DNA of 64,000 bases from an uncultured Candidatus Binatia bacterium (GCA_965215605.1 OZ244070.1:1952001-2016000); one strand, 5' to 3'. Positions 9,130-20,381 are shown, counted from the stretch's first letter. Made by a program: numbers and translations. Notes: a model not told the origin generated them from the letters alone.

Positions 9130-9870
9130 ATGATCAAGACGGTACACCTCGCCTTTGTCGCCGTCGGCTGTGCGGTTCTGTTGTCCGGAGCCGCCGGCGC
9201 GCAGTCGATGGACAAGGTGCGGGAGGTGTACGCGGAGGGCCGGTTCGCCGCCGCGGCGGAGCTCGGAGCGGCGATCAAGACCTCCGAGGGCTACGCCTTG
9301 GCGGCGCAGTCACTGGCGGTGCAGGGTCACTTTTTCGCCGAGGGGGAAGAAAAGAAGGCCCTGTTCGAACGCGCCGTGGAGTTGGCGCAGGAGGCGGTCC
9401 GGCTCGATACGGCCAATCCGGAGGCGCACATCCAACTGGCCCATGCCACGGGTCGGTATGCCCAGGTCATCGGGTTCCTGCAGGCGGTGGCCGGAGGCTA
9501 TGCCACGAGAGTGCGGGAATCGATCGAAGAGGCGTTGCGGCTGGACCCCGACAAGGCGGCTGCTCACCTGAGTCTGGCTACCTGGCAGGCCGAAGTCGTC
9601 AACGCCGCCGGTCCGATGGCCGGGTTCCTGTACGGTGCCACGAGTGAGAAGGCTCGCCGGCACTACGCCCGGACCCTGGATCTCGTGCCCGACGCCAAGG
9701 TGGTCTATGTCGAATATGCCTTCGGTTTGTTGTTGATGGACGAGGACCGCAACCGGGAGGAGGCGGTCCGTCTGCTCGAAAGCGCCCTCCAGAAACCCTC
9801 CAAGGACGCCCTCGACCGTCTCTACCACGAGCAGGCGGTGGCGCGGTTGGCCTCCCTCAAGGGCGGCTAG
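9130..9870 (+). CDS. Exported TPR-like helical-repeat protein
   Basis: Signal-peptide-like N-terminus ending 'AGAQ'; TPR-like 'EAVRLDTANPEAH' and 'EALRLDPDKAAAH'. Confidence 0.65.
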   Translation: MIKTVHLAFVAVGCAVLLSGAAGAQSMDKVREVYAEGRFAAAAELGAAIKTSEGYALAAQSLAVQGHFFAEGEEKKALFERAVELAQEAVRLDTANPEAHIQLAHATGRYAQVIGFLQAVAGGYATRVRESIEEALRLDPDKAAAHLSLATWQAEVVNAAGPMAGFLYGATSEKARRHYARTLDLVPDAKVVYVEYAFGLLLMDEDRNREEAVRLLESALQKPSKDALDRLYHEQAVARLASLKGG

Positions 9871-9876
9871 TGCAAA

Positions 9877-9903
9877 CAGGGGCGGGTTCGATACCCGCCC
9901 CTG
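9877..9903. repeat. REP-like palindrome (GGGCGGGTTCGA.aCCCGCCC family)
   Basis: CAGGGGCGGGT-TCGAT-ACCCGCCCCTG between convergent genes; related copy at 28145-28170. Confidence 0.6.
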
Positions 9904-9948
9904 CCTTCATCACACGCCGCCGCCGGCCCGAAAGCCGTCTCGCCCGCC

Positions 9949-11406
9949 TCACGCGGCGCCGGGCAACCCCAAGGCATGGCGCACGCCCTCCGAATAGGCC
10001 GGGTCGGCCTTGGCGAAGTGCGCGAGCTGCTTGTCGATGATACTCCGCGGGACACCCTGCATGGCCGCGGCGATGTTGCCGAACAGGCGTTGCTTCTGGT
10101 GGTCGTCGAACAACCGGAACAGGTTCCCGGCCTGGGTGTAGTCGTCGTTGCCCTCCCGGTGGTCGTAGCGGGAGGCGTCGCCCGAGATCCTGAGCGGCGG
10201 CTCCGCGTAGCGCTTGTCCTGCACCGGCCCGCCGAAGCTGTTGGGCTCGTAGTAGGCGTCAACGTTGCCGTGCCGGGGCTCGAAGAACCGCATGGGGCCG
10301 TCCTTGTGGTAGTGGCGCACGGGGCACCGCGGCGCGTTCACCGGCAGCGCCTCGTAGTGCGTGCCCAGCCGGTAGCGGTGCGCGTCGGCGTAGGAGAAGA
10401 TGCGCGCCTGCAGCATCTTGTCCGGTGAGAAGCCGATGCCCGGCACGATGTTGGAGGGGGAGAAGGCCGCCTGCTCCACCTCGGCGAAGTAGTTCTCCGG
10501 GTTCCGGTTCAGTTCCATCACCCCGGCGTCGATCAGCGGGTAGTCGGCGTGGGGCCAGACCTTGGTGAGGTCGAACGGATTGTACGAGGTCTTCTCCGCG
10601 TCCTCTTCCGGCATGAGCTGTATCTTGAGATCCCATTTCGGAAACTCGCCGCGGTCGACGGCGCCGAACAGGGCTTCCTGGTAGGACTCACGGGTCCGGC
10701 CGATGACCTCGGCGCTCTCCGCGTTGGTGTAGTGCCGGTGCCCCTGCCGGGTCTTGAAGTGGAACTTGACCCAGAAGCGCTCGTTGTCGGCGTTGATGAA
10801 GCTGAAGGTGTGCGAGCCGTAGCCGTTCATGTACATGGGCGCCGTGGGGCAGCCCCGGTCGGACATGACGATGGTGATCTGGTGCAGCGACTCGGGCGAC
10901 TGCGACCAGAAATCCCACATGGCGATGGGGCTCCGCAGGTGCGTCTTGGGATGGCGTTTCTGGGTGCGGATGAAGTCCGGGAACTTGTAGGGATCGCGGA
11001 TGAAGAAGACCGGCGTGTTGTTGCCCACCAGGTCCCAGTTGCCTTCCTCGGTGTAGAACTTCACCGCGAAGCCCCGCACGTCGCGTTCGGCGTCCGCCGC
11101 CCCGAGCTCGCCGGCCACGGTGGAGAACCGCACCAGCACCTCGCATTTGGCGCCGGGCTGGAGGACCCTGGCCCGGGTGTAGCGCGAGATGTCGTGGTTG
11201 ACCGTGAAGGTCCCGTACGCGCCCCAGCCCTTGGCGTGCACCACCCGCTCGGGGATGCGCTCGCGGTTCTGGTGGGCCAGCTTCTCGATAAGCTGGTAGT
11301 CCTGCAGCAGGATCGGCCCGCGCTCTCCGGCGGTGAGGGCGTTCTGGTTGTCGGACACGGGCGCGCCCGCGCTGGTGGTCATCACCGGGCATTGCTTCCG
11401 GGACAT
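9949..11406 (-). CDS. katA: Monofunctional heme catalase
   Basis: '[13 protein letters not shown]' and heme ligand '[12 protein letters not shown]'; AAGGAG RBS before ATG 11406; 485 aa. Confidence 0.95.
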   Translation of the reverse strand: MSRKQCPVMTTSAGAPVSDNQNALTAGERGPILLQDYQLIEKLAHQNRERIPERVVHAKGWGAYGTFTVNHDISRYTRARVLQPGAKCEVLVRFSTVAGELGAADAERDVRGFAVKFYTEEGNWDLVGNNTPVFFIRDPYKFPDFIRTQKRHPKTHLRSPIAMWDFWSQSPESLHQITIVMSDRGCPTAPMYMNGYGSHTFSFINADNERFWVKFHFKTRQGHRHYTNAESAEVIGRTRESYQEALFGAVDRGEFPKWDLKIQLMPEEDAEKTSYNPFDLTKVWPHADYPLIDAGVMELNRNPENYFAEVEQAAFSPSNIVPGIGFSPDKMLQARIFSYADAHRYRLGTHYEALPVNAPRCPVRHYHKDGPMRFFEPRHGNVDAYYEPNSFGGPVQDKRYAEPPLRISGDASRYDHREGNDDYTQAGNLFRLFDDHQKQRLFGNIAAAMQGVPRSIIDKQLAHFAKADPAYSEGVRHALGLPGAA

Positions 11407-11531
11407 GGGTATCTCCTTTCTCCTGAACGAACCGCTGTAGTGTCTTTCAGTATAGTCGATAAATCCGAGAATTATCCGCCACCCTGCGGCGCTGGGGGTC
11501 ATCCCCACCATGGCGCCCTGGCGTCGCGCGT

Positions 11532-11912
11532 CTACCAGATCGTCTGTGAATAGAATGACCGGATGGCGGCGTCGGAGGTGACGAGTGGGCAGGTGTGCAG
11601 ACTGGCGGTGGCCACGATGGTGCGGTCGGCAGGGTCGCGATGGTTCCAGTCGAGCTCGAGGTTCTTTGCCCAGGTGCGGACGTCTACCGGAAGAATATCG
11701 AGGCGGTCGATCCGTTCCAGCCTGTCCGCGAACTCCTGGAGGGGAACCGGGATGAAGAGCTTTTGCCTCTTGACCTTCAGGCCGATCTCCCAAATGGAGA
11801 TGGAGCTCACGATAATGCAGTCGGCGTCGTCGATGGCCCATGAAGCGGCCCGAGAGAGACGCTCCTTGTCCAGGGTCCAGAAGATGAGGGCGGAAGTGTC
11901 CAGTACGATCAT
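11532..11912 (-). CDS. PIN-domain (VapC-type) toxin
   Basis: '[10 protein letters not shown]', 'SISIWEI', '[13 protein letters not shown]', 'LVTSD'. Confidence 0.9.
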   Translation of the reverse strand: MIVLDTSALIFWTLDKERLSRAASWAIDDADCIIVSSISIWEIGLKVKRQKLFIPVPLQEFADRLERIDRLDILPVDVRTWAKNLELDWNHRDPADRTIVATASLHTCPLVTSDAAIRSFYSQTIW

Positions 11913-12143
11913 TTACGATTCGGCCCATTCGTCCGCGGTGGGGGTGTCGATGTCCTCATGGTAAAGGACCTTGCCCTGAATCGTTCCGAACACTTCCTCC
12001 ACGGATCGCTTTCGAGCGATGGGCTGAATGCGCAAGACGGGTCGATTGTGGTCGGTGACGACTAGCTCCTCGCCACTTTCTTCGATCTCGCGAAAGACGC
12101 GAAGCATATTGGCCTTGAGCTTGCTTTTCGAGATGGAAATCAT
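11913..12143 (-). CDS. Phd/YefM-family antitoxin
   Basis: 'ISKSKLKA...[21 protein letters not shown]'; directly upstream of the PIN gene. Confidence 0.85.
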   Translation of the reverse strand: MISISKSKLKANMLRVFREIEESGEELVVTDHNRPVLRIQPIARKRSVEEVFGTIQGKVLYHEDIDTPTADEWAES

Positions 12144-12335
12144 GGTTGCTCTCCAAATATGTCCGCAGTTATGACCGGGGTCATTTCTATCAAGAGCGGG
12201 CCACCTTCGTCAAATGTCATTTGGTCCGGCCAGAGTGTGCTTGCCGTTCGTCCCACCGTGTCCGTCTCGCGCACGAATGTGTGCTATCATGTGGGATGTC
12301 GGCCATGACCCTCGTCCGTGCCCCACGGTAGTTGA

Positions 12336-14795
12336 ATGAACTCGCCGTCCGATACGTCCTCGAACATCGTCACGAGAGATCCCGTGTGCGGGATGGAGGT
12401 TTCTCTTTCGGCCGGGAAGCCCACGCTGGAACATCTCGGCCAGCAGTACCATTTCTGCTGCGACGGGTGCATGCGAAAGTTCGAGGGTGCGCCGGAGGAT
12501 TACATCGAGGCCAGGGATCCGGTCTGCGGCATGACGGTCCAACGCGCCACCGCGCGGTACATGGCCCGGCACGACGGGGAACGGTTCTACTTCTGTTCCG
12601 GGCACTGTCAGGCGCGCTTCGAGGCCTCGCCGGAAGAACATCTCGGTCCCCGTTCCGAACCCGAGCCGGCGCCCGAGGGCGTCAAGTACACGTGCCCGAT
12701 GGACCCGGAGATCGTACGTGATGCTCCGGGCGACTGCCCCGTTTGCGGCATGGCCCTCGAACCCATGATGCCCGCCGCGGATGCCGGCCCCAATCCGGAG
12801 CTGGCGGACTTCCGGCGGCGCCTGTGGATCGGCGCGCCCCTCGGTCTGGCCACCCTTGTCCTGGAGATGGGCGGACACCTCGGGCTGCCCATGGCGGAAT
12901 GGCTCGGGCCGCTCTTGCATGTCTGGCTCCAGTTTCTGCTGGCGACCCCGGTGGTGGTGTGGGTGGCGCTGCCGTTTTTCAAGCGCGGCTGGGCGTCGGT
13001 GGTCAATCGCAGCCCCAACATGTGGACCCTGATCGCCCTCGGCGCGGGGGCGTCCTACGTTTTCAGCGTGGCGGCCGTGCTGGCGCCGGCGCTCTTCCCG
13101 GAATCGGTGCTCGGGCCGCACGGGTTGCCCCCGGTCTACTTCGAGGCCGCGGCGGTCATTCTCATCCTGGTGCTGGTGGGCCAGATATTCGAGCTCTCCG
13201 CCCGGGAGCGTACCGGCGGCGCGATCCGGGCGCTGCTCGACCTCGCGCCCAAGACCGCCCGGCGGGTGACCGACGACGGCGACGAGGACGTGCCGCTGGA
13301 GGCGGTCAAGGTCGGCGACCGGCTGCTGGTGCGGCCGGGGGAGAGTGTGCCGGTGGACGGCACCGTCCTCGACGGACGCTCGGCGGTGGACGAAAGGCTG
13401 CTCACGGGCGAGCCGATCCCGGTGGAGAAGGGGGCGGGGGACCCCGTGACCGGCGGCACCATCAACCAGTCGGGATCGTTCACCCTGCGCGCCGAGGGGG
13501 TCGGCGCCGATACGGTGCTGGCGCGCATCGTCGACATGGTGGCCGCGGCCCAGCGCAGCCGCGCTCCGGTCCAGGCCCTGGTGGACCGCGTCGCGAGCTG
13601 GTTCGTGCCGGCGGTAGTGGCGGTCTCGGTGATCTCGTTCGTCCTGTGGCTGGCCATCGGCCCCGTGCCCGCCCTCGCCCATGCCGTGGTGGCGGCCGTC
13701 AGCGTCCTCGTCATCGCCTGCCCGTGCGCCCTCGGGCTCGCCACGCCCATGTCGATCATGGTGGCGACCGGGCGCGGCGCCCAGGCGGGTGTGCTGGTGC
13801 GGGATGCCGCGGCGCTGGAGAGCCTCGCCAAGGTGGACGTGCTGATCGTGGACAAGACCGGCACCCTGACGGAAGGGAAGCCCGAGCTGACCGACGTGAT
13901 CGCCGCCGATGGCGGCATGGACGAGGCGGAGGTCCTCTCGTTGGCGGCTTCTCTCGAACGCGGGTCGGAGCACCCGCTGGCGGAGGCGATCCTCGCCGGC
14001 GCCCAGGCGCGGGGCGCCGTGCTCCAGGAGACCGCGGACTTCGAGGCTGTCCCGGGAAAAGGCGTCCGCGGCCGGGTCGCGGGCCGGGCGGTGGCCCTTG
14101 GCAACCTGGCGCTGATGCACGAGCTGGACGCCGACCTCGGCGAGGTCACAAGCGTCGCCGAGGGGCTGCAGGAGGCAGGCAAGACCGTCATGTTCGTTGC
14201 CGTGGACGGCAGCCCCCGGGGTCTCGTGGCGGCGGCGGACCGGGTCAAGCCCACCACGCGGGAGGCCATCGGCAGGCTCCGCCGCTCGGGGCTCGGCATC
14301 ATGATGTTGACCGGCGACAGCCCGAGGGCGGCGCGGGCGGTGGCCGCCGGCCTCGACATCGACGACTGGCGGGCGGAAGCGACGCCGGAGGACAAGCGGG
14401 ACGTCGTCGCCGAGTTGAGGGCCGGCGGCCGTCACGTGGCCATGGCGGGCGACGGCATCAACGACGCGCCCGCCCTCGCCGCCGCCGATACCGGCATCGC
14501 CATGGGCACCGGCGCGGACGTGGCCATCAAGAGCGCCGGAGTCACCCTGATGCGCGGCGACTTGAACGGCATCGTCCGCGCCCGCCTGCTGGCCCGCGCC
14601 ACCTTGGGCAACATTCGGCAGAACCTGTTCTTCGCCTTCGTCTACAACACGGTGGGGGTCACCATCGCGGCCGGCGTCTTCTACCCGATGTTCGGTGTGC
14701 TGCTGTCGCCCATGGTCGCCGCCGCCGCCATGAGCCTGTCATCGGTGTCGGTGGTGGGAAACGCGCTGCGGCTGACGCGCATCCGGCTCGGGTGA
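12336..14795 (+). CDS. copA: Cu(I)/Ag(I)-type P1B ATPase with two N-terminal YHS domains and a metal-binding domain
   Basis: 'DPVCGM' twice, 'YTCPM', [26 protein letters not shown] and MSLSS motifs. Confidence 0.9.
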   Translation: MNSPSDTSSNIVTRDPVCGMEVSLSAGKPTLEHLGQQYHFCCDGCMRKFEGAPEDYIEARDPVCGMTVQRATARYMARHDGERFYFCSGHCQARFEASPEEHLGPRSEPEPAPEGVKYTCPMDPEIVRDAPGDCPVCGMALEPMMPAADAGPNPELADFRRRLWIGAPLGLATLVLEMGGHLGLPMAEWLGPLLHVWLQFLLATPVVVWVALPFFKRGWASVVNRSPNMWTLIALGAGASYVFSVAAVLAPALFPESVLGPHGLPPVYFEAAAVILILVLVGQIFELSARERTGGAIRALLDLAPKTARRVTDDGDEDVPLEAVKVGDRLLVRPGESVPVDGTVLDGRSAVDERLLTGEPIPVEKGAGDPVTGGTINQSGSFTLRAEGVGADTVLARIVDMVAAAQRSRAPVQALVDRVASWFVPAVVAVSVISFVLWLAIGPVPALAHAVVAAVSVLVIACPCALGLATPMSIMVATGRGAQAGVLVRDAAALESLAKVDVLIVDKTGTLTEGKPELTDVIAADGGMDEAEVLSLAASLERGSEHPLAEAILAGAQARGAVLQETADFEAVPGKGVRGRVAGRAVALGNLALMHELDADLGEVTSVAEGLQEAGKTVMFVAVDGSPRGLVAAADRVKPTTREAIGRLRRSGLGIMMLTGDSPRAARAVAAGLDIDDWRAEATPEDKRDVVAELRAGGRHVAMAGDGINDAPALAAADTGIAMGTGADVAIKSAGVTLMRGDLNGIVRARLLARATLGNIRQNLFFAFVYNTVGVTIAAGVFYPMFGVLLSPMVAAAAMSLSSVSVVGNALRLTRIRLG

Positions 14796-14825
14796 ACGCT
14801 ATCCGCTAACTCCAGGGTTTGACCC

Positions 14826-15983
14826 TCACAGCCAGGTCAACAGACCTTTATCCGGCACGATGCCGCGCAGAAACTCCTGTACCGGCAGACACCAGATGCC
14901 GTCGATCCGCAAGCGTTCCCGGCCACGATAGAGCACGGCGGTCTCGGCCTCGGGATAGTCCTCGCGAAACGCCTTCAGCGCGCGCAGGTCTTTGGAATAC
15001 ACGTTGGCGGCGTTCTTGACCTCGAATGCCTGGAGCCCCGATTCCCCGTAGACCACGAAGTCGACTTCGGTCCCGCTGCGCGTGCGCCAGAAGAATAACT
15101 CCACCTCGTGCCTGGAATACGCGGCCCACGCCCGGAGATGCTGAGCCACCAACCCCTCCAGCGCCTGCCCGTCTATCTCCTCGGGACGGTCCAACGGTCC
15201 CTTGGGGCGCAACGAGCGGAACACGCCGGCGTCGAACAGGTAGATTTTCTCGTGGTTGACGGTTGCGCGCTTGGCGCGCTTGCGAAAGACGGGCAGCCGG
15301 AAAGCCAGCAGAAGGTCCTCCAGGATGCCGGCATATCCGGCCACCACCTTGCGCTCGACCTCGCATTCCCTGGCCACCGCCGAGACGTTCAGTTGTGCCC
15401 CGTGGGAGAAGCTGACCGCTTCCAGAAATCGGGTGAAGTTCCCGACGTTCCGCGTCAATCCCTCGGCCTGTACCTCCTGTTCGAGATAAAGGCTCGCGTA
15501 AGCGCTCAGGACGTCCGCCGGGTCGGTAGCTCCCATGACCAGGGGCAGCAACCCGATCCGCAGTGCTTGTGCGAGGTCGAAGTCCGATAACTCTGCGGCC
15601 ATGAAGGGATGCATGGTGCGGCGCGCCGCCCGTCCCCCCAGAAGGTCGACACCCTCGCGCCGAAGCTTTCGGGCACTCGATCCAGTCAATATGAAACGCG
15701 GCGGCGAAGGCTCCTCCATCAGCGCGTGAACCACGGTCAACAACTCCGGGATCCGCTGGATCTCGTCGATGACCACGGTGTCCGTCCGGGGCGAGCCGGC
15801 GAGCAGCTCCCGGAGGCGCTCGGGCCGGGCGTTCAGGCTGCGATGAAGGGCGGGTTCGAGCAGGTCCAGGAACAGGGCATCAGGGAGCCGGTTGCGCAAC
15901 CAAGTGGACTTTCCGGTCCCGCGGGGACCGAACAGAAAGCAACTCTGTCCCGGAATGTTGAAAAAACGACTTCTAAATTCCAT
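14826..15983 (-). CDS. AAA_14/DUF4143-type ATPase with C-terminal nuclease-like domain
   Basis: 'GPRGTGKST', 'IDEIQR', 'LTGSS', 'FWRTRSGTEVDFV...FEVK'. Confidence 0.85.
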   Translation of the reverse strand: MEFRSRFFNIPGQSCFLFGPRGTGKSTWLRNRLPDALFLDLLEPALHRSLNARPERLRELLAGSPRTDTVVIDEIQRIPELLTVVHALMEEPSPPRFILTGSSARKLRREGVDLLGGRAARRTMHPFMAAELSDFDLAQALRIGLLPLVMGATDPADVLSAYASLYLEQEVQAEGLTRNVGNFTRFLEAVSFSHGAQLNVSAVARECEVERKVVAGYAGILEDLLLAFRLPVFRKRAKRATVNHEKIYLFDAGVFRSLRPKGPLDRPEEIDGQALEGLVAQHLRAWAAYSRHEVELFFWRTRSGTEVDFVVYGESGLQAFEVKNAANVYSKDLRALKAFREDYPEAETAVLYRGRERLRIDGIWCLPVQEFLRGIVPDKGLLTWL

Positions 15984-16060
15984 TTTGCGTCCAAAATTGG
16001 AATTACTATATCCAATAATGGAGCACCTGGAACTGGAAATCAAATGTCAACGCGAGTTTC

Positions 16061-17371
16061 TCACACCTCGTAGTACCCGTTCATGATCGCGTCGTGCCAT
16101 ACCTTCGTGATCACCGGGCAGACGCCCAGGGGCAGACCTTCCTCGGTGGCCCAGTAGGAATGGATGCCGGTGCCGATCTCGACCACGCGTACCTTGGGGG
16201 CCGGGTTCATGGCGGCGTACTCCTTCTTGACGATCTGGTTGTACTTCTCGGGGGTGTGGTCGCGGCTGAACTTGTTGATGCCGTAGAGAAGCGGCGGGAT
16301 CGGCTTTCCGGGCAGCGGGCGGCCGTAGCCCAGGTAGCGGTCCACCAGGGCCTGGGTCTCCTCGGCGTTCATGTTGAGGCGTTCGGCGGTGACCTTGGCG
16401 GCTTCGGTGAGGCACGGGTGGCTGTCGCTGTGGAGCCAGTTCTCGGCCTTGAACTGGGGGAAACGCTTGGCCCGCTCCCACATCTCGAAGACCTCCTCCA
16501 TCAACTGCGCCAGTCTGAAGAGCGGCTTCGCCCCTTCCTGCATCGCCACTTCGGCGCCCTTGTAGCGCGCCAGCTCACGCCAGTTCCGGATCAGCACGTG
16601 ATCGAAGGGGGTGGGCCAGTCGTGGCCGCTCATCTTGCGGAAGATGAATGCGAACGGCGAGTTCTCGATGCCGATGAGCCCCTTGCCGTTCTCGATGCGC
16701 TGCAGCAGGTAGTGGCTGAAGGGTCCGCCGGTGGAGTGGCCGTGGGTGAACACCGAGTACTCGCCCACGGGCAGGTGCCGGCGGCAGATGTCCAGCATGC
16801 CTTCCTCGAAGGCCACCGGCCAGGCCGCCATGCGATAGTAGAAGTTGCTTCCCTTCTTGGCCCTGGCGTACTTCCGGGAGCCGTAGATCTCCCGCAGGGC
16901 GGCGTCGTCGACCACGTCGTACTCGTCCCTGCCGATGAACTCGCCGTCCAGCCAGATGGGCGTACGCACGCTGCCGTCCTCGTGGAAGGTGTCGCCGGGC
17001 CAGTCGCGGCTCGGGTCCGGCAGGTAGAGGCGGCCCGGGTAGGTCATGTTGCACACCTTGTAGCCGCGCTTCCCGGCGAAGGTCTGCGCCAGCCGCTCGA
17101 TGGAGCGCCAGTCGCTGGCGCCGCCGTGGGCCATGAAGATGCCGAGCTTGTTGCCGTCCGGCCCAGTGGGGATCTTGGCCGGGTCCTCGGGCTCGTACAC
17201 CATGCAGCCGATGTCCCAGTCCATGCCGTTGGCGTGGATGCGGAAGACGTCCTCGGTTTCGGTGTAGGGGATGTCCGGCTCCGCCAGTATCCCGTCGGAG
17301 ATCTTGACCAACTCTTCCTTGGACAGGCTGGCGGGGGGCTCCCAAGTATCGGCGGTCTGTGTCTTGGCCAT
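16061..17371 (-). CDS. Uncharacterised alpha/beta-hydrolase-fold protein
   Basis: 'HGGASD', nucleophile elbow 'GHSTGG', C-terminal His; host-like codon usage; GGAG RBS. Confidence 0.6.
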   Translation of the reverse strand: MAKTQTADTWEPPASLSKEELVKISDGILAEPDIPYTETEDVFRIHANGMDWDIGCMVYEPEDPAKIPTGPDGNKLGIFMAHGGASDWRSIERLAQTFAGKRGYKVCNMTYPGRLYLPDPSRDWPGDTFHEDGSVRTPIWLDGEFIGRDEYDVVDDAALREIYGSRKYARAKKGSNFYYRMAAWPVAFEEGMLDICRRHLPVGEYSVFTHGHSTGGPFSHYLLQRIENGKGLIGIENSPFAFIFRKMSGHDWPTPFDHVLIRNWRELARYKGAEVAMQEGAKPLFRLAQLMEEVFEMWERAKRFPQFKAENWLHSDSHPCLTEAAKVTAERLNMNAEETQALVDRYLGYGRPLPGKPIPPLLYGINKFSRDHTPEKYNQIVKKEYAAMNPAPKVRVVEIGTGIHSYWATEEGLPLGVCPVITKVWHDAIMNGYYEV

Positions 17372-17457
17372 GGCAACGGTCTCCTTGTGGTTGATGCGGG
17401 GACTCTACCACGCCTCGACGTGTCGAACCACATTCGGTGACGCCGGGCGCGCGCGAG

Positions 17458-17590
17458 CGTCATATCCACGCAACCGTCACACTCGCGCAAGCGTCATACG
17501 TGCGAAAGCGTGATGTCCGCGCAACCGTCACGTGAAGCTCCACCGCCCCTGGATTCCCGCCTTCGAAGGAATGACGGTTGCGCGGGTATG
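17458..17590. repeat. Tandem 17-bp degenerate REP half-sites followed by an inverted CGTC-type REP
   Basis: Units at 17458, 17475, 17492, 17509 and 17526 resemble CGTCATTCCCGCGAAAG; full REP on the minus strand at 17548-17577. Confidence 0.65.
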
Positions 17591-17614
17591 TGTCATTTCG
17601 TATCAACGAAAAGC

Positions 17615-18628
17615 ATGCGACCTCGACTGACTCTGTCCTGTGGTGAATACAGGCGCACCCGGCCGTTGCTGGACGGGCGCGTGGCCGTGGCCGGCTACGA
17701 CATCGACATCCTCCCCGACCCGTTCCCGCCCACCGGCATCCTGGGCGACTACCAGTACCCGCGCACCCTCCGCATGCTCGACGAGAAGGCCTTCGACATC
17801 TGCGAGATGGGCATGGCGCCGCTGGTGACCGCACTCTCGCAGGGCGCACCGCTCGTGGCCATCCCGGTCTTTCACTACCGCCGCTTCCGGCACCGCTACA
17901 TCTTCTGCCGCGGCGCGGCGGGCATCGAAACTCCCGCCGACCTCGCCGGGCGTCGCGTGGGCGTGCGCCGTATCAACCAGAGCGCTGCCGTGTGGGCCCG
18001 GGCGCTACTGCAGCACGACTACGGCGTCGACCTGAAAGACATCACCTGGGTGGTGACCCTGGACGTGCCGCTGCGCGACGCGGTGCGCAACGAGCTCGAC
18101 CTGGAGGTGGCGCGTCCGGGAGAGAGTCTGGAGGAGTTGTTGGTGCGGGGCGACATCGACGCCATGATTGAGGCCTCCAATCTGAGCCCGGCCGGGCGCG
18201 AAGCCGCCGGCATGCGCCGCCTGCTGGGCGAGGACACGCGCCAGCTCGAAGTGGACTACTACGCCCGCACCGGCTTCTTCCCCATCATGCACGCCATCGC
18301 GCTGTGGCGGGACGTGGCCGAGCGCCACGAGGGCCTGTGCCAGGCGCTCTACGACGCGTTCCTTCAGGCCAGAGCGGTGGGGAACGAGGGCGGCGAGCCG
18401 TCCTCGCGGTACGTTCTGGCATCCGAGGAGGAAGAGTGGTGGGAGTCGCTCACGCCGGAACAGGCGGAGATCCTGTGCGGCGGCCCCGGACGTCCACGGG
18501 ACCCCTGGCGCTACTCCCTCGATGAGGACGGCAAGACCGTCGAGGCGTTCCTCGACTATGCCTGTGAGCAGGGGCTCACGCCGGAGCGCTACCGGACCGA
18601 GGATCTGTTCGTCGTGCCCGGGAAATGA
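17615..18628 (+). CDS. 4,5-dihydroxyphthalate decarboxylase-like / SsuA-fold protein
   Basis: 'LTLSCGEYRRTRPLLDGRV', 'FDICEM', 'AIPVF..RRFRH', 'TGFFPIMH'. Confidence 0.75.
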   Translation: MRPRLTLSCGEYRRTRPLLDGRVAVAGYDIDILPDPFPPTGILGDYQYPRTLRMLDEKAFDICEMGMAPLVTALSQGAPLVAIPVFHYRRFRHRYIFCRGAAGIETPADLAGRRVGVRRINQSAAVWARALLQHDYGVDLKDITWVVTLDVPLRDAVRNELDLEVARPGESLEELLVRGDIDAMIEASNLSPAGREAAGMRRLLGEDTRQLEVDYYARTGFFPIMHAIALWRDVAERHEGLCQALYDAFLQARAVGNEGGEPSSRYVLASEEEEWWESLTPEQAEILCGGPGRPRDPWRYSLDEDGKTVEAFLDYACEQGLTPERYRTEDLFVVPGK

Positions 18629-18650
18629 CGGGTCCGAGGCTTGAGTACCG

Positions 18651-19175
18651 CTACCCTGCGGCGGTTCTTCTCGTGGTGCCCGGGAGGTCCGGCGCGTAGG
18701 CGCCTTCGGTGTCCCATTCCACGGTGTCGCCGACGCGGATGGTGCCGCTGTTGAGCACCTGGGCGCGCACGCCGCCCCGGTGGACCAACCCCTGCATCAC
18801 GTTCTTGCCCGTGAGCTTGACGAGGTTGACGCAGGGCTCGCACACGCGCAGCCCGCGCATCCGTACCTCACCCACCGAGAACTCCCGGCCCAGCACCAGG
18901 TGGTTGAGGGGAACGCCGCGGGTGGTGATGTTGCGACGGCTGTCCTTGGGGTCCAGCGTGGTGCCGTAGTCCCGCTCCATGGCCTCGAGCGCTTCCGCCT
19001 CGATGAGCGTCACCTCCCGGTCCGGACCCGGGTTGTGCGAGTAGCTGCCCACCTGTTTGCAGTAGCGGTCCCCTTCGAGTCCTTTGCCTTCTATCGCGAG
19101 GACCTCCTGACGATTCTCCATGTCGCCCTTGGCGTCCTTCGCGATCTGTATCGAGACAACCGTTCCTTTGGCCAT
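18651..19175 (-). CDS. MOSC-domain protein
   Basis: 'GKGLEGDRY', 'RRNITTRG', 'CEPC', 'GTIRVGD'. Confidence 0.88.
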   Translation of the reverse strand: MAKGTVVSIQIAKDAKGDMENRQEVLAIEGKGLEGDRYCKQVGSYSHNPGPDREVTLIEAEALEAMERDYGTTLDPKDSRRNITTRGVPLNHLVLGREFSVGEVRMRGLRVCEPCVNLVKLTGKNVMQGLVHRGGVRAQVLNSGTIRVGDTVEWDTEGAYAPDLPGTTRRTAAG

Positions 19176-19249
19176 GACGTCTCCTTGATCTGTTGGGGTC
19201 ATACCTTGGACTCCGTTCACCCTGGAAATAGTGTGCGTTTTCCAGTGGG

Positions 19250-20359
19250 TTAGAGCCGGTCCTGCATCCAGTCAAGCATGAAGGGCACGTTGTGCCCCCA
19301 GTAGTCGTGGCTGCAATGGATGGCGCCGCCGGCAGCCGCGTCTTCGTAGATCCTGAGGGTCTTGTCCTCGCTGCCGATGGCTCCGTGAAGCCGCCTGGCG
19401 CCTTCGACATCCATCAGCCGGTCGGCGGCGCCGTGGGTGATGAGGGTCGGGCAGGTGATGTTCCCGGCGGCGCCCTCCATGGTGAAGTCCTTGAGGCGCT
19501 CCCGGGCCTCTTCGTCGCTCACGCCGCCCAGCAGCCGCTGCACCACGGGCCGGAGGTGCTCGCAGAAGATGTACAGGTCGTGCAGCACGCTGTAGCAGCC
19601 GCTCCAGCCCACCAGCGCCTTGATGCGCGGGTCGAAGGCGGCGAGACGTGGGGCGTAGTAGCCGGCCATGCTGATGCCGATGAGGCCGATGCGATCCGGG
19701 TCCACCTCCGGCCGGGATGCCAGGTAGTCGATGCAGGCCTTGCCGGGCACCTCGTAGTCGGGCCGTGTCGGGATGCCCTTGACGTACATGGAGGAGCCCC
19801 GTCCGGGGGTGTCCACCAGCAGCAGCGCCCAGCCGTACTCCGTCACCTGCCGGCCGCTGAAGAATATCTCCTCGGCGAAGGCGTCGGCGCCGCCGATGAG
19901 GAACACCGCGGGCCACTTGCCCGGCGCCGGGTACTTGGGGTGGCAGAAGTAGCCGTCGTACTCCTCGTCGCCGCAGCGCACGGTGATGACCTCCATGGGC
20001 GGGTTGTGCAGCGCCGCGGCCTCCCGGAAGCTGGCCTGGGACAGCTTGAACCGCTCGGCCTTGACGTCGTTCTCGGCGATGGTGAGGAACACGTCGGACA
20101 TGCGGTAGTACTGGTTGGCGTGGAAGAAGAACAGCAGGGCCGTGCGCTGGTGGCCCTTGGACAGGGCCTCCCGCGCCTTGTCCTCGGTCCGCCGGGCGAG
20201 GTCGAGCCAGGCCCGCTCCCAGCCCTTCCGGTCGTTGGGGTCCAGGTCGCGGCACAGCCGCGCGATGTCGAAGGCGTCGCCACCCCCCTGCTGAGCCTCG
20301 GCCACGAGCCGAAGCGTCTGGGAACCCATGACGTTGGTGGGGAAGAAGAAGTCGATCAT
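19250..20359 (-). CDS. Alpha/beta hydrolase (2,6-dihydroxypseudooxynicotine hydrolase/FrsA-like)
   Basis: 'GGADAFAEE', 'GISMAGYYAPR', 'HGAAD', 'HC'. Confidence 0.8.
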   Translation of the reverse strand: MIDFFFPTNVMGSQTLRLVAEAQQGGGDAFDIARLCRDLDPNDRKGWERAWLDLARRTEDKAREALSKGHQRTALLFFFHANQYYRMSDVFLTIAENDVKAERFKLSQASFREAAALHNPPMEVITVRCGDEEYDGYFCHPKYPAPGKWPAVFLIGGADAFAEEIFFSGRQVTEYGWALLLVDTPGRGSSMYVKGIPTRPDYEVPGKACIDYLASRPEVDPDRIGLIGISMAGYYAPRLAAFDPRIKALVGWSGCYSVLHDLYIFCEHLRPVVQRLLGGVSDEEARERLKDFTMEGAAGNITCPTLITHGAADRLMDVEGARRLHGAIGSEDKTLRIYEDAAAGGAIHCSHDYWGHNVPFMLDWMQDRL

Positions 20360-20381
20360 GAATTGCTCCGGTGCGGGCGGC

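Noticed and set aside
11407-11928. 659-aa extended catalase ORF
   Set aside because: The extension overlaps the PIN gene; the RBS and homology support ATG 11406
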